20,810 bases of DNA, from positions 1-20,810 of the forward strand of contig NW_021823772.1 of NCBI RefSeq assembly GCF_006345805.1. Reading direction: 5' to 3'. The notes beneath the pieces are model-generated. The model had not been told where the DNA came from and did no database searches. It saw only the letters and a list, made by a program, of their open reading frames with translations. The position numbers and the translations under genes were made by a program. Within the stretch, counting starts at the first letter, position 1, and each line of letters begins with the position of its first letter. This document shows, one piece after another, positions 1-8,612 of this stretch. The DNA is from Octopus sinensis. Taxonomy: Eukaryota.

Positions 1-1056
1 CACCTACTGACCTACTGACCCCAATATGGTTTTAACCTACTGACCCCAACTTCACCTACTGACCTACTGACCCCAATATGGTTTTAACCTACTGACACCA
101 ACTTCACCTACTGACCTACTGACCCCAATATGCTTTTAACCTACTGACCCCAACTTCACCTACTGACCTACTGACCCCAATATGGTTTTAACCTACTGAC
201 ACCAACTTCACCTACTGACCTACTGACTCCAATATGCTTTTAACCTACTGACCCCAACTTCACCTACTGACCTACTGACCCCAATATGGTTTTAACCTAC
301 TGACACCAACTTCACCTACTGACCTACTGACCCCTATATGCTTTTAACCTACTGACACCAACTTCACCTACTGACCTACTGACCCCAATATGCTTTTAAC
401 CTACTGACCCCAACTTCACCTACTGACCTACTGACCCCAATATGGTTTTAACCTACTGACACCAACTTCACCTACTGACCTACTGACCCCAATATGCTTT
501 TAACCTACTGACCCCAATATGCCTTTTACCTACTGACACCAACTTCACCTACTGACCTACTGACCCCAATATGTTTTTAACCTACTGACACCTACTTCAC
601 CTAGTGACCTACTGACCCCAATATGTTTTTAACCTACTGACACCTACTTCAAATACTGACCTACTGACCCCAATATGGTTTTAACCTACTGAAACAAACT
701 TCACCTACTGACCTACTGACCCCAATATGGTTTTAACCTACTGAAACAAACTTCACCTACTGACTCCAATATGGTTTTAACCTACTGACACCAACTTCAC
801 CTACTGACCTACTGACCCCAATATGGTTTTAACCTACTGACACCAACTTCACCTACTGACCTACTGACCCCAATATGGTTTTAACCTACTGACCCCAACT
901 TCACCTACTGACCTACTGACCCCAATATGGTTTTAACCTACTGACACCAACTTCACCTACTGACCTACTGACCCCAATATGGTTTTAACCTACTTACCCC
1001 AACTTCACCTACTGACCTACTGACCCCAATATGGTTTTAACCTACTGACCCCAATA
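1..1056. repeat. Tandem satellite, 52-bp unit, ~20 copies, probably continuing left of the window
   Basis: Unit CACCTACTGACCTACTGACCCCAATATGGTTTTAACCTACTGACCCCAACTT restarts at 1, 53, 105 and so on. It is built from three CCTACTGA-headed modules (8+25+19 nt) and is strongly C-rich and G-poor on +. Confidence 0.97.
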
Positions 1057-1820
1057 AAAAAAAAATTTTATGCATTTTGGTTAAAATGAACAACTACGAT
1101 GTCCTCGACTTACATGATGAAAACCTTAAAACCTCCCCCCAAAAAAAATTAAAAAAATTTTTTCTGTATTTTGGTTAAAATGAACAACTACGATGTCCTC
1201 GACTTACATGATGAGGTCCTTAAAACCTTCCCCCAAAAAAAATTAAAAAAAATTTTCTGCATTTTGGTTAAAATGAACAACTACGATGTCCTCGACATTC
1301 ATGATGAGGTCCTTAAAACCTCCCCGCAAAAAAATTAAAAAAAAAATTTTCTGCATTTTGGTTAAAATGAACAACTACAATGTCCTTGACTTACATGATG
1401 AGGTCCTTAAAACCCTCCCCTCAAAAAAAAATTAAAAAAAATTTTCTGCATTTTGGTTAAAATGAACAACTACGATGTCCTCGACTTACATGATGAGGTC
1501 CTTAAAACTTTCCCTTCAATAAAAAATTAAAAAAGAAATTTTCTTCATTTTGGTTAAAATGAACAACTACGATGTCCTCGACTTACATGATGAGGTCCTT
1601 TAAACCTTCCCTTCAATAAAAAATAAAAAAAAAAATTCTTCATTTTGGTTAAAATGAACAACTACGATGTCCTCGACTTACATGATAAGGTCCTTAAAAC
1701 CTTCCCTCCAAAAAAAAATTAAAAAAATTTTTTTGCATTTTGGTTAAAATGAACAACTACGACGTCCTCGACTTACATGATGAGGTCCTTAAAACCTTTC
1801 CGCCAAAAAATCAAAAAATT
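1057..1820. repeat. Tandem satellite, ~95-bp unit (93-97), 8 copies
   Basis: The core TTTTGGTTAAAATGAACAACTACGATGTCCTCGACTTACATGATGAGGTCCTTAAAACC recurs at 1075, 1169, 1262, 1356, 1451, 1548, 1643 and 1738. Cores are separated by C/A/T homopolymer tracts of variable length. Confidence 0.96.
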
Positions 1821-1823
1821 ATT

Positions 1824-2510
1824 AGTATACTTGGGAGTAATGTCCCCCCTGTGAGGACAGTCCTCTGAGTAGTATACTTGGGAGTAATGTCCCCCCTGTA
1901 ACGACAGTCCTCTGAGTAGTATACTTGGCAGTAATGTCCCCCCTGTAAGGACAGTCCTCTGAGTAGTATACTTGGCAGTAATGTCCCCCCTGTAAGGACA
2001 GTCCTCTGAGTAGTATACTTGGGAGTAATGTCTCCCCTGTAAAAACAGTCCTCTGAGTAGTTTACTTGGGAGTAATGTCCCCCCTGTAAGGACAGTCCTC
2101 TGAGTAGTATAGTTGGGAGTAATGTCTCCCCTGTAAGGACAGTCCTCTGAGTAGTATACTTGGGAGTAATGTCCCCCCTGTAAGGACAGTCCTCTGAGTA
2201 GTATAGTTGGGAGTAATGTCCCCACTGTAAGGACAGTCCTCTGAGTAGTATACTTGGGAGTAATGTCCCCCCTGTAAGGACAGTCCTCTGAGTAGTATAC
2301 TTGGGAGTAATGTCCCCCCGTAAGGACAGTCCTCTGAGTAGTATACTCGGGAGTAATGTCCCCCCTGTAAGGACAGTCCTCTGAGTAGTATACTTGGGAG
2401 TAATGTCCCCCCTGTAAGGACAGTCCTCTGAGTAGTATACTTGGGAGTAATGTCTCCCCTGTAAGGACAGTCCTCTGAGTAGTATACTTGGGAGTAATGT
2501 CGCCCCTGTA
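1824..2510. repeat. Tandem satellite, 47-bp unit, ~14.6 copies
   Basis: Unit AGTATACTTGGGAGTAATGTCCCCCCTGTAAGGACAGTCCTCTGAGT starts at 1824, 1871, 1918, 1965 and so on. One unit is 46 bp, and the last partial unit ends at 2510. Confidence 0.97.
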
Positions 2511-3010
2511 GTGAAATTTTTTGACATTCGGTTATGGAAATGGTCACAAATTCGATCAAAGTTGGTTGATTGTTTACAGGATGTGGCCAAATATATTCGA
2601 GAGTAAAGATGGGCATGTAAATTGTCCAACAAATTGATTTAAAATTTAATTTTTTGTTCAACGTGACATCAAAATCAACGTGTATTGCAAGAATATTATT
2701 AAAATATCGAACAGTAAAAATCAAACAATTAATTATATTTCCTCGATTATGCACTTCTGCTCGAGTTTAGACAAGTTTGTTCTTTTAAACGATTTCTCAT
2801 TATTTGCCCTTTTCGAATTATCACGTTTCTTGAAATTATAAAATCTTGCCGTCATTCACTGCATTTTTCGTTTAATTTAAAATGAGATATTTTATGCTCT
2901 CTAATGTCTTTCTTAAAACCAAGTGTCTGTGGAATGTTAATTGATTTACAAAAATTCATTCTTCGAAGAAAAGAGTGACCTACATTGTAAGAGATTCAAA
3001 AATTTATAAG

Positions 3011-3909
3011 AATAAAGTGATTAGAAGTGCTTTTAATTCCGCGGGATTCCCGTCTATCCTGGAACCGGTTGGTGTCTTTCGGGCTGATGAAAAATCGAGC
3101 CACACACTTGTCATGGAAATTCTACGCTCTTTTTCTGAATTTTCCTTGGACACAAATGTGACGCATTTCAGCGAAGTCTGGAGGGAACAAGGTCTTGACT
3201 TTCCAGAAAATCGAATGTCTCAACGAGCCTGGAATCGAATTAGATGCAAGCAAACTTTCAATCTGCTGCTCGAGTAGTCCAACCAGCACCGCCGCGCTTG
3301 CCTTCTTTCGGCAGCATCCCCAGCTAGTTGAGCTTGGCTTTGTGCATTCCCGAACGGACTCTCCTCAACGATGAATTAATAAGGATCGGAATCTCTCTCG
3401 GGGTAAGGCAATATGTCTCTCACGTTTGTCGTTGTGACTGCACTGTTGACTCTTTTGGTCTGCATTCTTTATTGTGCAGGAGGAATGCCGGACGTTTTCC
3501 GAGGCACTTTGCTATGAATGACATCATACGTCCTGACGGGATGACCCTTTTCCTTTTTGAAGGCGGAAAAGGTCTCGTATCGGATGCAACCTGCTGGGAC
3601 ACTTTTTCTACTTCACATTTAATTTCATGTGCTCTGGAGGCTAAATCTGCTTCTAAGAAGGCTGAAGATTTAAAGCTATCCAAATATTCTGTCCTTTCGG
3701 AGAAGTTTTCCGTGGTGCTGATAGCGGCGGAGACGTCGGGTGCTCTTGGTTCAAAGACTGAAAAGTTCCTCCGCAAGCTTGGAGCAAAAATCTCAATGCG
3801 CACTCACGATCCTCGGGAGGTGGAGTGGCTAATGCAACTGTTCTCGATCGCCGTTATCCGGGGAAACAGTTTGGCAATCCGCCAGGCTGCTGGCCTTTCC
3901 TTCGATTAA
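3011..3909 (+). mobile_element. Degenerate 3' end of a CRE-like non-LTR retrotransposon (zinc knuckle plus restriction-like endonuclease)
   Basis: Motifs appear across stops and frameshifts: QRAW, QHRRACLLSAA, CRCDCTVDSFGLHSLLC (CCHC), RHFAMNDII, RPDG...DATC...KYS, AAETSG, DPRE, SIAVIRGNS. No RT domain or TSD was found. Confidence 0.8.
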
Positions 3910-4034
3910 TCGATCTTAATTAATTTAATATCATGTATAAATTGATATTAAAGAATTTGTAGAATTAACACAGTAATTCATGAAATGCCAAATAATTTAA
4001 AAATATTTAATAAGGTATCATTAGACGGAAAACC

Positions 4035-4107
4035 GGCCGTGTGGCGCAATGGATAATGCACCCGACTACGGATCGGGAGATTCTGGGTTCGAGTCCCACC
4101 ATGGTCG
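4035..4107 (+). tRNA. trnR-ACG: tRNA-Arg, anticodon ACG
   Basis: 73-nt cloverleaf with acceptor stem GGCCGTG/CATGGTC, D arm GCGC-AATGGATA-ATGC, anticodon stem CCCGA/TCGGG around loop CTACGGA, and T loop TTCGAGT. The T stem has one C-C mismatch. Confidence 0.93.
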
Positions 4108-4111
4108 TTTT
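4108..4111 (+). terminator. Pol III terminator T-tract of tRNA-Arg
   Basis: TTTT follows the discriminator base directly. Confidence 0.6.
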
Positions 4112-4802
4112 AACTCTGGTCCCTCAACGTTTCGCCAACCGTTATCCAGGCCTGTGGTGAAAACATTTTTTCCGGCCATGTGTTTTTATCAAACAGTATT
4201 GTTCTATAGCAATCCTGTAGATTTAATTTTTTAGACCTGAATTTTCTGTTTAGCAATCAAATAGTTCGGAAAATTTTTCAAAATATTACTGATAAAATAA
4301 AATTCACTTAATGGCATATTCAAGAAAATATAATCTGCTCGTAGACAGAAAAGATACAATTTCTGTTAAAACTTAATGTTTACAATAAATACCAGACTGA
4401 TAAGTCATTTTGCTACATTTACAGCAAGAGTCTCAAATACGTTAAAAGTCAGAATTTCAAAACCTAAAATCTGTTCTGACTCTTCCGTCCTGTCATAGCT
4501 AAGTAAACAAACACTAACATAATCCATTTTATTTCTGCATGTAAATTATGTCCATACTTAATTTAGATACTTACTTTGAAAGTAGCCTGACAACCAATCC
4601 TCGAATGAATGAATATACGCAAAACTGTCTACCTAATCTCTTACAATACTTGAAATCAATTAATAATTCTTATGTGAAATTATCTATTTAGAAAATGTCA
4701 TTTGTTTCTAAGATCAACAATTTCAGAACATGGCCATTCAAGCAAAACAAAAAGCTGACATTATTCGAATTAGTATTCGCAACAATATAAAAGTTTTTTT
4801 GT

Positions 4803-5102
4803 TTAATTAACAATTCCAGGGTGTGGATTATCACGCAGAAGTATGGTTTTGACTAGTTGAACCTTGCTATCCATTTTCTTGTTGTAAATCCTCATAAAAC
4901 GCTCTTTGCCGATTCTGTTACGTTTGATTGCAGGTCGCTCAGTAAAAAGATTGCGTTTGAATTCTTTATCTATTTTTTCTTTTGATAGAATTCTAAAAAC
5001 AATCAAGGAAGGGTACTTTTGAAGAGTGCTGTATGCCTCATTTAAATCTCCATTGCAAAATACTGTTCTTGACACATATTTTGACTTCTCCACTACTCCC
5101 AT
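4803..5102 (-). CDS. MRPS21: Mitochondrial ribosomal protein S21 (bS21m), 91 aa; exons 5102-5017 and 4992-4803
   Basis: After removing a 24-nt GT-AG intron (4993-5016) the protein reads KYVSRTVFCNGDLNEAYSTLQKILS...ERPAIKRNR...RIYNKKMDSKVQ...RDNP. This is colinear with animal MRPS21 as I recall it (KFIARTV..GNVESAYRTLNRIL..EKP..RIYNMEMARK..RADP). Confidence 0.85.
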   Translation of the reverse strand: MGVVEKSKYVSRTVFCNGDLNEAYSTLQKYPSLIVFRILSKEKIDKEFKRNLFTERPAIKRNRIGKERFMRIYNKKMDSKVQLVKTILLRDNPHPGIVN

Positions 5103-5262
5103 AAAGACAGCACACGAAAAACAGTATTTTATTTAAAAATTGAATTGCATTTAGTTATTAAATTTATAAATTTTTATTTGTAGATATCCAGCGTATTTCT
5201 GATGTGTTTTCTACTGGCCCGTTCAGATGGGATCCAACTTTTCAAATTGATGATTTCATGTT

Positions 5263-5556
5263 TTAGTTGAAATAAAAGTTAACCAGGGGATATTCCCATA
5301 TGAAAGGGACAAATTGTTGCCTCCATATATTTGTAGGAGTCTGATTATCTCGACCGATTTGAATGTTTTTGATACCCTGATACCCAAAAGTTGACAGACG
5401 GAGTATCGGACGGTCGCGCATCTCATTTGTGCGGCTACACAACGTCTGACGTCGATCTTCCTTTGTGAAAAACCACCTTGGTACGGCGGAAAGTACAAAT
5501 AATGTGAGGTAGTATCTTTTCAAGTCTTTTCTCAAGATTAAGGGTGTCCTTTCCAT
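5263..5556 (-). CDS. Hypothetical small protein (97 aa, possibly with a 3' intron)
   Basis: ATG-initiated ORF with coding-like GC content, lying between MRPS21 and PRUNE and divergent from PRUNE. No family was recognised. Confidence 0.3.
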   Translation of the reverse strand: MERTPLILRKDLKRYYLTLFVLSAVPRWFFTKEDRRQTLCSRTNEMRDRPILRLSTFGYQGIKNIQIGRDNQTPTNIWRQQFVPFIWEYPLVNFYFN

Positions 5557-5729
5557 AGGATTACCAGTTGTCCCCCTTCAGTCCTTCAATATTTATTCAA
5601 GTTGTCGAGTTACGTTCAGATAATTAAAAAAGCGATCTAAGCTTTTATAAACTATAATTTTTTTGATAAGATTTGAAAATTTATCAAATTTAAGTTGTTT
5701 ATTAAAACTAAATAAAATTTTTTGTTGTA

Positions 5730-6923
5730 ATGAGTTTAAAGGAATTTTTAATAAAAACGACAAAGTTGATCAAATCCTCAATTCCCGACCAAGTCCATTT
5801 CATTGTCGGAAATGAATCATGCGATTTGGATTCTGTCGTGTCCGCAATAGGATTGGCCTACTACTACCATTTCGCTTTTCCAGAATGGACCTGCATTCCT
5901 GTTTGTAATACTCACCGTAAAGAATTACCGACGAAAACAGAAGTGGTGTATTTATTCCGCAAAATGGACATACACGACTCTCTGTTGGTGTGCTTTGATG
6001 ACTTGAATTTTCCTTTCTCCACAAATCCTCAATCCACAAGGCTATCCTTGGTAGACCACAATTTTCCCGTCGGATTCTCAAAACGACTTTCTGGATGTTT
6101 ATTTTCAGTAGTCGACCATCACCAAATCACCGACGAGTCTTCACTCAGTCTAATCCCCGACCACGTTTTCATTCACAAAGTGGGGTCCTGTTCGACATTG
6201 GTAGCCGAAAAAGTGCTCACTTTGACACCATTCGACACAATTTTAGCCCAGTTGTTATATGGTTGGTCTTGTCAGCCAATTTAGACACAATCTTGCTTGA
6301 TTGCGCATTCACTGACCACAAAACGTGTTCTAAGGGTACTCCTAGAGATCTGGAGATGATTAATACTCTGAAGATCTGCTTGGTAGGGATCCGAAGGAGA
6401 GGCATCTCATATCCCGAGAATTATGGTCTGCTAGGAGCGACCTGTCAAGTAATCAAAATACTTATTAGATTTAACTTTCGAACAAATACTCAGGAAAGAC
6501 ATGAAGGAAATTCAGCCAAACCCGAACCGTCCTTCAACACAAATTGCATCAGTCCCCCTCAAACTCGATGTTGGCTTTCATTTATATTAGCTAGGAGTTG
6601 ATTAGAATGGTTCCGGAATTGGATCAGGAGATTGAGAATTATTCAAAAAGCAACAATTTGGACTTTTTAATAATTCTGACTTGGTTTTGGATGACTCAGG
6701 CTTCGAACGAGGAATAGTCGTACACCACAGTTGTTTGATGCGTATGAATGAGGAAAGGGTGGTGATGTTTATTTTGCAGTTCGTTGACCGTCTTTGTAGT
6801 CGAATCAATCTTGGTCTGTCGATGAAATTCCCCACTTGTCTTGTTTTTAGACAAGAAGATCAGTCTAGTTCCAGAAAAGTGCTTTCTCCTGTATTTTATG
6901 ACATAATTCAATCTTTGAATTAA
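5730..6923 (+). CDS. PRUNE1: PRUNE-family DHH/DHHA2 exopolyphosphatase, with micro-introns and two apparent 1-nt frameshifts
   Basis: Motifs GNESCDLDS, LVDHN, VVDHH, VGSCSTLV, TILLD, DLSNLTFEQILRKD and SSRKVLSP. Introns at 6262-6284 (23 nt), 6449-6468 (20 nt), 6570-6594 (25 nt) and possibly a 21-nt one ending at 6779. Frame breaks near 6369 and 6685-6688. Confidence 0.88.
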
Positions 6924-7033
6924 TAAATTTCATTTTTGTTTACATAATGGTAAACTCGAACGACAAAAGAGGACTAATAAGTACTGAACAAATCGATATT
7001 AATTGATAACGAGTGATTAGTAAATAAGTCCTG

Positions 7034-7162
7034 CTAGTAAATTTGATACTTATTGTAGTATTGAACAAGCAATGTCTTCAACTCTTCTTGTCCCTGGGAG
7101 TCGAGGTTAACCAGAGGAGCTCGGACAGGTCCCCCGTAAAGTCCAATCACATCCAAGGCAAA
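7034..7162 (-). pseudogene. HOGA1: Detached C-terminal part of the last HOGA1 exon, left of the LINE insertion
   Basis: The minus strand reads FALDVIGLYGGPVRAPLVNLDSQGQEELKTLLVQYYNKYQIY*. This matches the HOGA1/DHDPS C-terminus (human, recalled: MDWFGYYGGPCRAPLQEL) and continues the frame broken at 11316-11328. Confidence 0.85.
7150..7162 (+). repeat. Left target-site duplication, CATCCAAGGCAAA
   Basis: An identical 13-mer lies at 11316-11328, on the other side of the LINE. Confidence 0.9.
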
Positions 7163-7234
7163 GTTCTCTTAGGTGTTTGTGACGTGGTGTTCTTGTGAGC
7201 AAAATAAAAGAAAAATACTAATAACAATTTCACA

Positions 7235-8350
7235 ATGAATTATTCAAAATCCAAGAAGAATTTTAAATCCCCGAATATCCAGGCTTCTGTGCCATCAATC
7301 TCGGCTTCTGTGCGCTCTATTTCGGCCTCTGTGCCTTCTATCTCGACCTCTGTACCATCTATCTCGGCCTCCGTGCCATCTATCCCGGCCTCCGTGCCAT
7401 CTATCCCGGCCTCCGTGCCATCTGTATGCCTGAGTATTGTACTATCAATACACAACTCAGAGCTCGATTCTATTGAGATAGCAAACACACTTTGTGGTTG
7501 TGAAATCGCTTGTAAGGCTCGAGTGACACGTCGTCACTCGGGCGACTACGTTTTGGATTTCAAAAGTAAAGAGGATCTTTCGGCCTTTGTTGACTACTGT
7601 AAGTATACCCAGCCCTTTGGACCAAATGGCCACAAAATCGAGGAGGCAAAGCCACGTGCGTCCGCGATAATGCTTAGGAACCTCCCGAACTGGGTTGGAA
7701 CCGAGGAACTTGTAAAGTATCTGGGTAAACTAATCTCTCCGGGGTTTTTGGTTGAGAGATTTTTCCGAAATGGAAGTCCACTTCCTCTGGCTAAAGTGAC
7801 CATCCCCTCTAGGGGTGAAGCAGCCTCTCTCATACGAATGGGGTTGAAAATTGGTTTCCGCGAAATTTTCTGTAGTTGGTACAAGCAACCAGACACGCAA
7901 TGTTTCCGCTGCCAGCGTTTCGGACATATCTCACGGTTCTGTAAAGAAAAAGTGAGATGTCTCATTTGTGAGGGCCCACATACCCGTTCGGAATGTCCTC
8001 TGACTGGAAACTACCCTACCAAGTGCATAAACTGTGGATCCTCAACACACATGGCCAACTATGGAGGATGTCCTGTTGTCAAGGAGCTTCTTAAAAAGAG
8101 ATTACCTCGGAAAACTACAGATCAGTCTACTAAACTGAAATTTGATACATCTCCCGCAATGAAAATACAAGGAAAAACGATCAAAACTGAAACAGGAAAC
8201 GTGAAAGTACAAAATACCTGGAAAGGATGGAACTTTAATAAAAGTACAAAATTCGTGGATGCTGAGGTTCAGACTGACGATATCTCTGAATCCATGTCAA
8301 ACACTTTGAAAACTGCGACACCCACTATATCTACGCAAAAACAAAATTAA
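7235..8350 (+). CDS. LINE ORF1 gag-like nucleic-acid-binding protein (probably extends to 8616 through frameshifts)
   Basis: Three knuckles: CFRCQRFGHISRFC, CLICEGPHTRSEC and CINCGSSTHMANYGGC. A pre-knuckle segment NLPNWV...LAKVT and an N-terminal heptapeptide repeat are also present. Confidence 0.88.
   Translation: MNYSKSKKNFKSPNIQASVPSISASVRSISASVPSISTSVPSISASVPSIPASVPSIPASVPSVCLSIVLSIHNSELDSIEIANTLCGCEIACKARVTRRHSGDYVLDFKSKEDLSAFVDYCKYTQPFGPNGHKIEEAKPRASAIMLRNLPNWVGTEELVKYLGKLISPGFLVERFFRNGSPLPLAKVTIPSRGEAASLIRMGLKIGFREIFCSWYKQPDTQCFRCQRFGHISRFCKEKVRCLICEGPHTRSECPLTGNYPTKCINCGSSTHMANYGGCPVVKELLKKRLPRKTTDQSTKLKFDTSPAMKIQGKTIKTETGNVKVQNTWKGWNFNKSTKFVDAEVQTDDISESMSNTLKTATPTISTQKQN
7283..7423 (+). 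repeat. 21-bp (7-aa, ASVPSIS) coding minisatellite in ORF1, ~6.7 copies
   Basis: Reads ASVPSIS ASVRSIS ASVPSIS TSVPSIS ASVPSIP ASVPSIP ASVPS. Confidence 0.9.
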
Positions 8351-8612
8351 AGTTGGAACAAGGCGTAAACACAACCGAATATATGACTCAACCCAAAAAG
8401 AGGCATGAAACTCGGGGACACTTCCAAATCAAACCCGGGACAACCACCATGCAACATACAGGTGGCAGATAAAAGACAAATGCAATTGAACATTTAAAAG
8501 CAAAACTGGAGGACCTCCATCTTAAATCGAAAACGACGACTAAAAAAACGTTTAAAAATTTACTGGAACTGGTGGCGCTCGTTATGGAGGACAGTCACCA
8601 AAACTTGACGAG

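Noticed and set aside
1200-1230. TGATGA in the ~95-bp unit as a hammerhead core or snoRNA box C
   Set aside because: It reads CATGATGA rather than CTGATGA, and there is no GAAA after a stem II, no box D and no closing stems.
1-2510. CRISPR-like or iteron-like arrays
   Set aside because: Units are directly tandem with no unique spacers, there are no cas or rep genes, and the context is eukaryotic.
1773-2754. Three long minus-strand ORFs (150, 273 and 230 aa) with a 47-aa repeat
   Set aside because: They are by-products of a stop-free 47-bp satellite unit read in all three frames. A 46-bp unit breaks the frame, and no domain is recognisable.
2511-2970. Possible coding remnant between the satellites and the CRE fragment
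   Set aside because: There are only short open stretches and no motif I can support.
3909-4035. tRNA-targeted insertion of the CRE-like element (3' end ~125 bp upstream of tRNA-Arg)
   Set aside because: This is a single instance with no TSD or tail, and the other CRE-like copies in the window have no adjacent tRNA.
4049-4234. 61-aa ORF MDNAPDYGSGDSGFES
   Set aside because: It is a translation of the tRNA-Arg gene and its trailer.
6360-6690. Programmed ribosomal frameshifting (Euplotes-type) as the cause of the frame breaks
   Set aside because: The sites share no slippery-plus-stop motif, and both +1 and -1 corrections are needed.
7240-7488. Antisense acidic DGTEAEI repeat ORF, and other antisense or overlapping ORFs across the LINE, PRUNE and HOGA1
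   Set aside because: These are shadow frames of real coding sequence. The synonymous variation fits the + strand ORF1 frame.
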